DNA of 64,000 bases, taken from positions 22,072,001-22,136,000 of the forward strand of contig NC_082731.1 of NCBI RefSeq assembly GCF_030144855.1. Direction: 5' to 3'. Both the position numbers and the translations under genes were made by a program. Origin of the DNA: Hypanus sabinus (taxonomy: Eukaryota). Below are positions 51,068 through 63,360 of the stretch, one piece after another. How positions within the stretch are numbered: the first letter of the stretch is position 1; each line of letters begins with the position of its first letter. The notes beneath the pieces were generated by a model. The model made no database searches and was not told where the DNA came from. It saw only the letters and a program-made list of their open reading frames with translations.

Positions 51068-53953
51068 CAGGGGTTCCCACCCTGGGCTGGCCACACCCAC
51101 TGAGGGTGCGAGATGGAATTTCAGGGGTTGCGACAAGGTGTGGCTTGTGTCCTTGATTGACGAGTCACGAGTCAGCCAGCTGCCAGGATGCCTTGAAAAT
51201 TTGTAGAACATTTGTCCCAAACACACTCCATTCTCCCCCTGCCCGAGTCGAGAGAAACGTAAACCATTCAGGTTTCGCGCTTCCCTGGTCAGCGTTGAGG
51301 ATTCTCATCAGTGTTAGCTGGGAGTTAAACATCAGAGTTGAGAATTCTCATCAATGTTAGCTAGAAAGTTACGTCTCAGAGTTAAAAATCACCAGAGTAT
51401 TTATACATACCGAATCAACCATCGAGTAACGACTTCACGTTGAAAACAAACACACAGACAGTTGCGAAATTATTAAAATTTAAAAAACAGCATTTTGTTT
51501 AGAAAGATTTTTTTTTCTCTTAAAAGTTTTATTTCTTGAAACATTGTTAATTTTGATTTGTGTTAGTTGAGGAGCTATCATGGTTAGCACCGAAGACTTT
51601 GAATAGTCAGATGGGTGTTCATATCTATGGTATTGATTAGAAATAGGTGTGTAACTTCAGTAGAGAGAAGCCTAATAAGTCGCATCGCGTCCCCGTACCA
51701 TTTCCACCTAACAATTTATCTTGCGTAACCGCAGATAATATCGTAATACAATATTCGAAATAGTATTTCTCGTGATACTTTGCTATAGGCCTGTCTGGTT
51801 GAGTCAAACAGTCATTACTGACTTAGCAAGATAGTTTTTCTGATATTAGCTCATATTTTTCTCTTTACCCTTCACCCTTCATTAACCCTTCATCATGCCA
51901 AAAAGAGGGAAATGGAATGATGAAGCTGTGTGCTTTGGTTTCATTTGCACAACAGGAAATGATGGCTTTCAAAAACCCCAGTACATTAGCTGTAACGTTG
52001 TGTTTTCCAACTCAAATCCGAAGCCATCCAAGCTCAAGAGCACTTCAAGAACAAGCATGCCGGAGCAGAATTTTGAAGGGCATAATGTTGGGTGATTGAA
52101 AATCAAAAGTGCTCGTTTTGATTCACAAGGAACTATTCCCATCTTAGGTTTCGTTTCTGTTGAGAATCCATTACATCTTGCTTCATACCAAGCGGAATAT
52201 ATAGTGGCCAAATCCAAGATGCCCCATACAATTGCGGAAGACCTCATCAAGCCATGTGCACTGGAAATGACAACATTATACTGGAATTATACTGAGCAAA
52301 GAAGCAAGATAAAATGAACAGATGCCCCTATCAACTGATATTATTCACAACCGAATCAGTGATTTGTGTGAAAATATTTTGTACCAAGTCTTCTAAGATG
52401 TCAAAGCTATTCCTCTTAAACTCTCTATTCAGTTGGATGAGTCAACTGATTTCTCCATTTGTAGTCAACTCTTCACATTATTGAGGTATGTCAATGATGG
52501 TGCTGTAAAGGAAGATTTACGGTTTCATAAAGATCGGAAAACAAACACAACTGCAAAGGATCAGATGCAGCTGGTAAAAGACTTATTTGCCAAACATGAT
52601 TTAGATATCAAAGTCATTGGTTCTGTGTGCACTGACGAAGCAACTGCAATGCTTGGAAATAAATCTGGCTATTCTGCATTGATGGAAAAGGAGATTTCAG
52701 ACTTGCATGTTACCCATTGTTTTCTTCCTCGGTATGCTTTGGCATCAAAAACATTGCCTCCAAATTTCAAGACAGTGCTTCATACTTGTGCGAAGATCAA
52801 CAATTGGATCAGGGTGCGCGTTTTGAAACATCGCGTCTTCTAATTATTTTGTGAGGATCTGGGAAGTGAACATTCACTTTTGCTTTTCAACACAGAAGTC
52901 CGTTGGTTGTCACAAGGACAAGCTTTAACGCGCTTCTTTAATCTGTGCGCAGAAATAGAAGTTTTTCCTGGAGGAGAGTGAATGTGATCTGGGTGGGGCA
53001 ATGGAAACATAGGAATTCGCCCAAATGCTGGCTTACTTAGCTGTCATTTTCCCTCATGTGAATGACCTCAGTGTTTCTTTTCAAGGAAAAGGGATAAACA
53101 CGTTGAAGGCTTGTGAAAATTTGAATGCCTTCAAAGGAAAGCTACGTCTTTGGCGTCGAAGTATGGAAAGAGGCAGTCTCTCAAATTTTCCTTCACTAGA
53201 AGAGATGGTTGATGATGCTGGATCCATAACCCCTACTGTGTGTGAAGAAATGTTGTTGCTGGGCACCTGAAAATTTCAGAAGAATGGACAGGAAACCATA
53301 TTCCGACAATTTGAGGAAAATTTCAGATGATGAAGAGCTGAAGGAAGACCTTATTGATTTGCCGACAAATCGAGCACTTAAAATGCAATTTGGAAGGAAG
53401 ACTTGGGAGGAGTTTTGGTGTGCTGCTCTTGCTATGTTCCCAAGACATGGTAGAAAGCACTCAGTGCCCTTATTCCATTTGCAAAACCATAGTTGTGTGA
53501 ATCTGGATTCAGTTCTCTTTGGTCAATCAAGACAAAATCTAGGAATCGCCTGAATCCACAGGCAGACCCGCAGATTGCAGCCAACAAGTACGTTCCACGT
53601 TTTGATAAAATCGTGAATGAGAAGCAGAAGCAAAGATGCCACAAAATTTTATGTTCCCAATTAGGATTCGTTTTACTGTTTACAAATTTTTAATACTCTC
53701 CGCCGCCAAAAAATATTCATATTACATTTTTACAGTCGCAGTGTGCGCTGAAAATTGCAGACGCCAGTGCGAAAAACTGACAATCTCACATGTAGACACA
53801 GAAGCAAGTATTCATTTGAAGGAAATTCCGACAGATTATCAGTGGCTGGAACGAGCGACACGGGGAGTTGAATCATTCTCGAAACAAAAGGACTTGGTAA
53901 TCAGTGCTCATTAGATTCTGCTTTAAGTAAACGCAGAAAGAGGAAGACCCCTG
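51068..53953 (+). mobile_element. hAT (Charlie/Buster-type) DNA transposon, degraded transposase
   Basis: Termini CAGGGGT...ACCCCTG; BED-finger N-terminus; PHTIAEDLIKP, DESTD, CTD.A.AM, HCFL, TEVRWLS, LAYLA.IF, CESGFS, KTKSRNRL. Multiple stops and frameshifts. An 8-bp TSD is not recognisable. Confidence 0.9.
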
Positions 53954-54057
53954 CTCGTCAAAATAAGTAGATAATTTGAAAAATACAGCGTATGGTTTAA
54001 CGACTGTTAAACAGCGTAAGGCAACGATTCTCAACAACTGTGCACAGGCCCACAGTG
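53954..54057 (+). pseudogene. 3' half of the hAT-split V relic with consensus heptamer
   Basis: EKYSVWFN (RYSVxF-like), GAT TCT, TGT GCA CAG GCC then CACAGTG (54051-54057). Nonamer not conserved. Confidence 0.45.
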
Positions 54058-55327
54058 CTCATCAATTTGGATAACGGGCTCCAAGTCACTAATCTGAGAG
54101 GAATTTCATGGTGATGTTATCGAAGATAATTTTACTGAAATCTCTCGTTGTTAATGCACAACAGCACTCTTTCGAATTCACAACATTTATAACATATTCC
54201 AAAATCCGAAAACAACACTTCAGTTATATAACATATGAACTCTGCACAAAATATGACAGAACAGATATCACCGCTCATCTGCTACATTTCAACTGCGCAT
54301 ACAACTGGAAATTGGGCAAGCCTTGCAATTAACCTATAATACAAGAAAAAAAAAATCCATGTCCATTTTGCCCATTTCCCGTTAAATTATCGCGAACGTG
54401 TTTGTTACTCCTCAGTCGGAATCTTTCTGAATGTTGTTATGAGTGGCTTTAATTGTATTTCCTGAAAAGTGACATGTCAGCTGGGCAATTGTGAACAAAG
54501 AAAAATTGACGCTCGCTATGTAAACTACGCTCTCTTTGGCTGGTACAGTGATACTATCAAAGAGGAACTGGAAATTGAAATTGTATTTCGTCCTGTACTA
54601 GTGCACCCATCTGCTTGCTATTTCAAATGTTTCAAAAGCACGATTAATGAAAGTGAAATGTATAAGATACACATCCTGAAATGGTTTTTTTCACATCCAC
54701 GGAAACAGGAGAGTGCCACCAAATAATGAATAATAGTTAATGTTAACCCGCAAAGTCTCCCCTAGCTCCCCTCCCTCCCAAGCGAAAGCGGCAGCAAGTA
54801 ACGATCCCTCTTCCCCCCTGTTGATGATCGTTGTGATACACCCCGGCAATAGTAGGTTGAAGTTACCTAGTACTCCATAGGAGGGCGCAGCGTTATAGTT
54901 CTGAAAGAATGTTCAGAAGAAGAAAAATATAAATTACCATATTAAAAACTGCAATTAATAACAGATTGCGGAAACACTGAGATTTCAATATAGTAGTATA
55001 TACTGGAAAACAAAAAAAACAAGCATTTCCCTCTTTGATCCACATCCACCCCAATGCAAGGGACATATGCTCATCTTGGAAACAGTGTGAGTGAAAAAAC
55101 AAACAGTAGGCTGTTGTTTTGACTGTCATGTGAATGTCTATAGACGGGATATTGTTGGCCTGAGGAGCATTGGAACAGATTGAGGAGTAACGTGCTTAAG
55201 TCGACTCAAGCAGTTGGATAATTATCTCAGGAAATATATTGCTATTTGAATTTTTGTCGGACGACTAAGGCCCTGCAGACGCTCAGACAGCGGTGGTTAC
55301 ACACAGCTGCCACTAGAGAACGCAAAT

Positions 55328-55366
55328 AGTTATTGTACAGCTTCAGACTAGCTCTGTACCCATGTT
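55328..55366 (-). other. 23-RSS of V3 with defective heptamer
   Basis: AACATGG (55360-55366), 23-bp spacer, ACAATAACT (55328-55336). Confidence 0.85.
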
Positions 55367-56194
55367 GGCTTCAAAGCACAGTAATACATGGCAGTGTCCC
55401 CTAGATGTGTTTCGGATAATGTCAGTGGGACTGTTCCACTCGAAACATTCAGCTGCACCGTGAACCGTTGTCGGAGTATATTCTCTCGATGGCCGTCAAA
55501 TTTCGTACGAAACACCAGAAGCTCCAGAGAACGTCCGGGATACCTACGGTACCAGATTAATCTGGGGTCCGAGCTTGCACTTGTATAATTACAATGTAAA
55601 ACTGTAACTTCCCCTTGCGCGACTGTGGTTACAGCAGGTGACTGAAAAACGGCATCGTGTCGGCAAAGTCCTTTGATAGTCAAAAAAGAATTTCAAAAAT
55701 TCAATCAAAGATTATCAATATTCTGCTCGTATACCAGCAAAGCACGCCCATGGTTCTTCATACTGTCCGGAGAATAGAGTGGGGGTTACAGGTTGATGTA
55801 GAAGTATTACTCCCTTATAAATTAGCAGGGGTGCCAGAAAAAAAAAGCTTAATTAAATTATCATTTTGAAAAAAAAATTCCAATTACTTTCATCAGAGGT
55901 TTTTCGTCACCATTCCATCTCAGGAAGAAAATAAAGAAAATGTTTGCCCTCCAGGAGCTCAGGCCATTCCCCTGCTGTTCCCCTGAAATATCTCTCAAAT
56001 ATTCCATTGCCACTTGCAGGTGAAAGGGATCCATATTAATTGCCTACCCACAAATCTGTCTCTCTCATGTTGTATTAATTGTATTCCATGATAAATTATC
56101 CTGTCATGCATGGTCAGATCAACAATTTTCAAAATGTCGTAAACTTACCGATCAGAAGCACTGCTGCAATAAGAAACGGATATAGGACCAGCAT
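55367..56194 (-). CDS. TRAV/DV: TRAV-type V segment V3 (leader 56149-56194, 478-bp intron, V exon 55367-55670), intact ORF
   Basis: MLVLYPFLIAAVLLI-G|gtaagt...tcaaag|GLCRHDAVFQSP...QGEVTVLHCNY...LIWYRRYPGRSLELLV...RFTVQLN...GDTAMYYCALKP. All hallmark residues are present. Confidence 0.93.
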
Positions 56195-57025
56195 GCCTGT
56201 GACACGTTTACTCTCGATTTGTGCTGAAACAATGTATTCGCAAAGAAAGTTTTCTTTTTCAGAGCTTATAAAATGTGCGCTCTCCTTTTTTAAGAGGCTA
56301 TTGTTCGAATCCACTATGAGCAATTCTCCAAGCCGCCCAATCATCTCCGTTTCTTAAACTTTGCAATTTTGCGCTACCTCTTTGTTCCTCAACACAGCCA
56401 ATCAACTGAAAGTCGGCATTTTGAACGAGAGCGGTCATAACTTACTTTCTCAAGACAAAAGATTCACCTTAGTGGAACACTTAAAGGCAAAATTGGTAGG
56501 ATCTAAAATTACCTGCTATAATCTCCTAATAAATAACGGAATTGATTTTTCTTTTTTTTTGTAAAGTCAAAAGCCAGGAGGCGGGTACCATCTCTAGAAC
56601 AATAACCAAACATTACAGACTATGTTAAAGAGACCAATTGCACAAGGGAAATTTTGGAATTCCAGTTCTTTCTATGTTGGCTTCAGATTGTTTGAATATT
56701 TAATTGTACATAAGTGAACTTGGAAACATTTCATAGTAGTCTTGCAGTCCAAGCAAACTACCGCAAAGATGCGGTAACTTTAGCCCATCATGACCACTTC
56801 AGCTTGTTTATGTCATTTTACCACAGCTCCATCTTCATTTGTTCTGTATAAACCCTTTTTTCTTTGCCAAATGTAGCACTTGAACTACACTAATTGAACT
56901 GTTTCATGTCACCAGCTATGACTGCGAGTTAGAAATATCATCCACGCTCTTTGCAGATAAAAAAATAAATACCTATGCTATGTTCCTGTATCTTAGCATG
57001 ACACCGTCTTCTGTAAGTTTTAAGG

Positions 57026-57506
57026 ATGTGCAAGCATTGCAAATACGTTTTCAATTATATCCGGATTGTGTCTTTTTATCTGATATACGTCGGTGTGTTT
57101 ATTCGACACTTCCTGTCTTTAAGGAAAGTTGATCCAATCTTCATATTTCATCGAAATTATCCCATGGAGACAACAGCATCGTCAATCCATGTGTGCAGAT
57201 ACAAGTCACGTCGGAACAATTGCGTCTGTCACAACTGTCTAGCAAAAGTGAGTAGATTTTAAAATTAGCAGTAGCTCATTGATTCAACGAGACTGTAACG
57301 TTGCATGTAATTCACTCATGAAATCTTTATTATATTTGTTCGCAATCCCGCCATGGATATTTGAAATACGTAATTTAGTCGGTTATCTGATTTCTAATGG
57401 TTACAATACGCGGTTGCCATTCTGTTGTCGTAGATTCGACTTCTAAACTTTTCACTGATTCTTTTCTACTTCGTTCTAACAAAACTAAATGCAACAACCT
57501 ATCGTA
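57026..57506 (+). pseudogene. V2-family V pseudogene (leader 57026-57092, intron 57093-57198, V exon from 57199)
   Basis: Leader atccggattgtgtct vs V2 atctggatcgtgtgc; exon start ag|ATACAAGTCA as in V2; ETVTL, ttatatttgttcgcaatccc vs V2 ttatatttgtatcggcaaagccc, KYVI vs EYVL, CHSVVVDSTSKLFT vs RFNVDLEETKKLFS. Frameshifts and deletions. Confidence 0.7.
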
Positions 57507-57664
57507 ATCAACGTAAATATACATAATACTCTTACATTAATCCACTTTTTAACGGAGGACCAGCTGAATATAGTGATAGTATTTCTCCAGACTGCAAAAC
57601 TAATATATTTTTACATGTGTCGTTTACTCGTTTTCCTAAAGCAATGTCTAACAGACTGATGCTT

Positions 57665-57838
57665 TACTTCTTGGTCAAAGACTGCAATGACACCAATATT
57701 ATTTATTTCAAACATTACACTTTCCCTTCCTCCGAAAATCTGCTTATTCATTGCATATCAAAATTGCTGTCGATATATACTTCATTGCCTCAGCAGCAGG
57801 ATGCCGTTACACGCAGTTCGCTTCAAAATACAAAAAGC
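57665..57838 (+). pseudogene. Possible V 3' relic with nonamer
   Basis: LRKSAYSLHIK...DIYFIA (SLHI, YFxA); ACAAAAAGC at 57830-57838, within 2 bp of the expected distance from the Cys position. Heptamer lost. Confidence 0.3.
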
Positions 57839-58375
57839 AGACTTTGACAATAAGTTTTAATTTCAGTCGAAACCATATATAGTGTTACAACATAGAACCG
57901 AAAATAATCTATTATTTTTAAGATAATGCCACAGTCATGCAAACATTTTCTTAGAAACCGCTTCTATCCTGGTATGCCAGTTGTATTTTGATTAGATTAT
58001 GTATTTACAACAGTGAGAATATAGTTCCAGAATTTTCACATCGAGCAAAGTTCAACCATTAATCCGAACGCGAGTAAATGATATCTGGCAGTCAAATCAA
58101 CTGAAGGTCATGTTGGAAAACGTAAAATATTTTTTCTACATGGCGTCGGAAGTGCACCGAGCCGCCATTTCATTAACAATGATCTGCCGATTTCCACTCC
58201 AAATATTATTTTAATATAGCAGTATTTAACCACCTTCTTTTTATCCTCGCCCTTGTTGAGACTAGAGCAAAGCCTTGCAGCATTATGCTGTCTACTTTCA
58301 AACGGTCTTGTCTGAGAAATTGTCCTGTCGGGTCGACTGACGCTGTTACATTGGGGCTTTGGAAATGGACCTAAT

Positions 58376-59250
58376 TGCAAAACAGAAGCACTGCAGTACT
58401 CTGAACAGTACGGTGTTTATTAGGAATACAACGGAAGCCAAGCAGTGAGGACAAACTATCAACCTGGACGTGAAAGCAAAATAACAAAAAGGAAAACGTG
58501 GAATAGGACTGAGACATGGACTTGACTGAGAACTCGGATCTTGGCAGGAACGTGGTACCTGGGACTTGACTTGGCGCTTGACTTGACAAGGAATTCGGTC
58601 TTGACTTGATTAGTAACTCGGACTTCATTTGATCAGGAACTCCGTATTGACTTGACAAGCAATTCGGGCTTAAGTTCTGCTTCAGACTTGATTGGACCAT
58701 GACTCTTCTTGGACACCGATCCGGGACTCAACCTTGGACGCAGGAGAGCGAGCTGGGACTCTTATTAGACAGGGAATGCAGAGCCAGGACTTTTCGACGA
58801 TACAGTACACAGAACCGGGACCCTTCTTGGGCACATGACACAGCTCGAAATCTTCTTGAGCACAGAAGACACTACCGAGACAATTCTTGGACACAGAGCG
58901 AAGACACTTCTTGGAGACAGTGCCGGGACCCTTCGTAGAGTCAGTACAAAAAGCCACGGCTCTTCCTGGACACAAGATACAGCTGCAACCTGGAGTCAAC
59001 GATACTCAGTAGCTCCGATAATGGTCCAAACTTACCGCACTGGCTGAGATCACATGTTTCTGGGAACGAGCTTCTTGGTGTGGGGTTATGATGGGAATTC
59101 TGACCGGGAAGGTACAGCAAAGGAATAGCAGTACCGCTGAGCTCTTTATGCTGTACGCCCGAAATGAGGGCCAGTTGTTTCAATCAAGGCGCCCAACGGA
59201 ACAACGGGGAAAAAAACATACAACCGAAATGCCAACTTCACGACCGGACA
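58376..59250 (-). repeat. Solo-LTR-like element containing degenerate tandem repeats
   Basis: On minus, AATAAA followed by a CA end at 58376; (gacttgact)-like repeats 58550-58690 and about ten 24-32-bp units with core TCTTCTTGGACAC at 58700-58980. Confidence 0.5.
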
Positions 59251-59299
59251 GTAATATACGGTCTAGAGTAGCGATATTTTTTATGCTTAATTATTGTTT

Positions 59300-61720
59300 T
59301 CAGTTGATTTGTTGGAATACAGTTTTTCTTTTCACATTTTTTTGTTAACGGCTTGTTTGACGACTGTTATAGTTTGTTTTCCTTTAAACCGCTGTCCCTA
59401 TTAAAGTATGTTCTCTATCAAACCGCCTTAGAGAATCTCTCTCTCGATGGGTCACATCCGAACGTACTGACAGCAATTCTCGACAACAGAAATGTGTAGC
59501 CAGCATAAGACCGATGTCGATCTTGGCCCTCAGATTCACTGGTTAGTTTGAGTACGAACAGCGAATATTTCTGGTGAATCTATTGCAGGAATAATGCAAA
59601 TAATCTCGTACCTACAAGTCGAGCCTCGTCTGGAAGAACATGTGTCAGCCTTTGCGACAACCGTTCAACAACTCACTGCAGATAATCAGATTAAGCTTCT
59701 GCGATTTTCACTCTCAAGACTGCAGTCCCTAATCTCTTTGCAAGAAAAAAAAAGCGTGGGCGGACAACCGTTAGGCATCTCAGCAGGGCAACCCAACAGT
59801 CTTTGTCCTGTTCAGTGCATTTCGAGCACCACGCAGAGTCTCCTTTTATGCGGACAGGACAACTTCTTCTGGTAATGCTCCTACTCAGACGCTCGGGCAG
59901 ACCTGACACCTGCTTTGGAATTCCAACAAGCGACCGAAGTGTCAGATCTATCTGCTGTCACTTGCCTCTCATTATGCAATACTCGCTAACTTCTTGTTGT
60001 GGGGTTTCAGACCCATGAACCTAAGATTGTTCTCGACTCTGCTGCCGACAGTAATCTCCTATATATCTCTATAGTTCAAAGATGGGGAGTCCCATCTTAG
60101 CAATGAAATGAAAGATGAACATCAATGCCCTGCATTCCCGACCTCTGAGCCCACCATATGCATTTTTCCGCCCAACCACTTGATCATGTACTCGAAGCTT
60201 AGCATAGTAAGCAGCTGTCATATATCATTGATTCCCGTGAAATACAACTGGTGCTTGGTTTCCATGGTTACCCCAGTATAACAATCAGATAGATATTTCA
60301 CCTCTATCTGCTACGAATACTACATGGTTACATGGTTTCACTCCTTAGTCTGGCTAACGCCTCCATTATTTTCTCGACCTTTGTTAATTATGTGCTCACA
60401 TACATGTTGAACTAGTTTTTTGTATGTATTCGACATCCGTGTCTATTCCCGCTCTCATTAGGTGCACATAGAGCATATCCGGAGGATTCTCTCAGAACTC
60501 TTCGAAATGCTTTGTAGGTAAAGCCCGAGAGATGTGAGTTCCATAGACGGAGGTGTCATTTTGGACGACATACTTACTTTATCCAGTATTCAAAATGATC
60601 CGACTAAAGTTCTGGTATTTGCATATTGACTATCTTCAGTCAAACAGGTTCGATATTTCATGGGGTTTGTGGACTTTTCTCGCCACTTCATCTGGAAATT
60701 TGGCGACATCGTGGCTTTGATAAAAAACACTCCCCACGATGACATCAATAAGATTCCATTGGACAGAAGATGCCGACCAAGCATTTTCTAAGCTATTGCA
60801 ACGTTTCATTACTGCCGCAGCGTTCAACAGCCAGACACATCACAACCATTCATAGTCCAAATAGATGCATCTGTTGTTCGCATTGGACCTGCCCTCTCTC
60901 AGCGATCTTCTGCAGCTAGCCGCTGCACCCTCGTCGCTTCCATCTGGCTAATAGGATCTACGTTATTGGGAAACTGGGAAGACTGAGGCCCTGTAGGAAT
61001 GTCAACAATGGCTGGAGGTGCAGAGCAGCCTCTCTTTGACTGGACAGTTCACAATGTCCTCTTCCAGATTCAGAATGCGATGTGTCCGAGCTCTCATCAA
61101 GTCCGGTGGACACTCTATCTGAATCAATCACAGTTCATCTTCACCTATCGTCCCTGCAGAAAGAATACCAAGGCTGTCGCTTTCTTCAGTCGAAGGATCT
61201 GATGCAATGCCGATCCAGAGCCCATTCTTCCACGTTCGTCTGTTGCTGCTACGTTCATCTGAGCTACAGCGGCGAAGATGTAGGCCACGAAACAGTTGGA
61301 CCAAGCGTCGGCTGGGAGACCCCCCCCCCCCCCCCCGCTGGCTGTTTTTTCCCTCATGCAGTGCACTCTACGGTGCTGGAATTGGGTAACTGCTTCCGTC
61401 TGGCTGGTCATCCGGGAATTCAACGGTCTCGGAGGTTAAAAAGATAATACTTTGGTAGTGACCGATATCCCAGGATGTCCACGAAATTGTTTGTACAGAT
61501 CCCAACTTCGCTCAGAAAAAGTCACCACGCCAGCATCCTGCTGGTCTGTGATACCCGTTCCTTGTGCCACTGAATGCCTCGTCCCACATTGATTTGATTC
61601 CCTCACTGGGCTTCACCATTGAATGGGAATACTTCCATTTTTGACGGTTTGTTTCAGTTTTCTGAGTCTGCTCCCACCATTAACCAAGTCAATCACCGTC
61701 AGCTCGTGAGACTGCCACGC
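59300..61720 (+). mobile_element. Ty3/Gypsy LTR retrotransposon remnant, conventional RT-RH-INT order
   Basis: LTR-like end ATTAAA...TGACA (59472); gag-like segment; RT KPERCEFH-like; RNase H PFIVQIDAS; integrase-like RLAGHPG. Heavily degraded. Confidence 0.7.
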
Positions 61721-61799
61721 TCATGTTTTTTTTTTTTCCTTTCAATACAGTAGAAGCTCCCGGCTGTGTACTAACCCCCTCCTTTATTCCCTCTATACC

Positions 61800-62660
61800 T
61801 ATGAATGCATCGCCACTCACAGCTCTGAACTGCCAAATGAATGCGCCAATGATATTACATTGATTTGCCTCAACTTAAGCCATAATGAGGTGTCCAACAG
61901 AGAAGAAATCATCTCACTGACACAGTGGTGCCAAGAAAAGTCTGTCCCTCAAGCTCGGAAAAACAAAGCAGCTAGTTGTGAATAGCAGGTGGACTACAGT
62001 AACGCTAACTCCTATTGACAAGAATGGATCTGCGGTTATAAGGTAAACAGCTTTAAGTTCCTCGGCATCCACATCACACGTCATCAAGGACTTCTGCTGT
62101 TCTTTGCACACCAACTGTCTGATGAAAAAGGCACCACAGCGCATCTTTCACCGTGGACAGTTGCGGGAGATTGGTATTGACCTCCCACATCCTTTGAATA
62201 TTCTACAGAGACAAAATTCAGAGCATCCTGACTGACTACATCACTGCCTGCATGGGAACTGTACCTCACTTCATCGCAGAATTATGTAGAGAGTGGTGAG
62301 GACAGCCGAGTCCATCTGTAGCTGTGAAATATACATGCTTCAGGACACTTACAAAGACAGTTGTGTAAAAAGCTTCGCATGATCATTGGGGACTCGAAAT
62401 ACCCCAACCACAATATATTCCGGCTGCCACCATGAGGGAAACAGTACCTCAGCATAAAAGCCAGGACCGGTAGGCTCTGGGACTGCTTCTTACACCAGAC
62501 CATCAGACAGATGACGCGCGCAGATTCCATGCGCGTTCAAATTGTTATAAATTTCTATATTTGCAAAATGCACTTTTAGACTCAGACGCAACGTGGAGAC
62601 CTTTACTCTTGTATGTGAAGGATATAAGAAATGAAGTAAATTAAATTCAATTCAATTCAG
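61800..62660 (+). mobile_element. Rex1/Babar-like LINE 3' fragment
   Basis: Similar to 5050-5700 (tgacacagtggtgcc...ctgactgactacatcactgcctg); tail aaattcaattcaattca. Confidence 0.7.
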
Positions 62661-62689
62661 GCTCCAAAGGTTCCCTCAAGAAACAGTGC

Positions 62690-63360
62690 CTTCTGGTGCA
62701 CCACCGTTTTCTTCCCATTTTTGAAGTGTCTCCGCCTTCTTGTAAGAGTCATAGCCAGTAGTCTTGTGGTGTCTACCCCAAATCCAATGGGAAAGTGAAC
62801 CAGGAGTTGCATACACCCTGCAATGCCTAACCACTCCCAACACCATGTCTTGGATGATCAAACAGTTTTTGGCAGAGATCGCACAAAATAACATCCAGTC
62901 CTCACGGCTCTACTTCTCTTTAAATGGAAGACAACGAGTGCTTGCGGGTCTCAAGGAAAATTCCTCTGAAAGCTGACAGCCGTAATGTTGACTCCGGAGA
63001 GCGGGGAGGATTTCGTGTGGAAAAAATACGTGAACAGCTTTTGGTACGAATTGAGTCTATCAGCATCACCGAAAATCAATTCAGCATTCATTTTTTTTCA
63101 GCTCGAACCGGTTACTGTCTCTGTCTTGGCCCTAGTTAACCCAATCCCACTTCTCCCCTCTAGGTAGGTGGCTCCACGTATATATCTCGCAACGCCTCCT
63201 GGTTCTCTCCGTATAGTTGATAATGTCCTGGACCTCGAGAGCTGCAATGGGTGTGGACTGAAGAACGGCATTCGATCTCGACGATGGACATCTTGGTCAG
63301 GTCGATCATTCGGCTGCTTTCTGAATGGAAGTGTTGCAAGCGTTAATCGTCGCTCATCAT
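62690..63360 (-). mobile_element. LINE apurinic endonuclease fragment
   Basis: Minus-strand R.DR...GGVARYIR motif typical of LINE endonucleases. Confidence 0.55.

Noticed and set aside
58700-58980. CRISPR-like repeat/variable pattern
   Set aside because: Vertebrate DNA, units are degenerate with related spacers, no cas genes; explained by an LTR tandem array.
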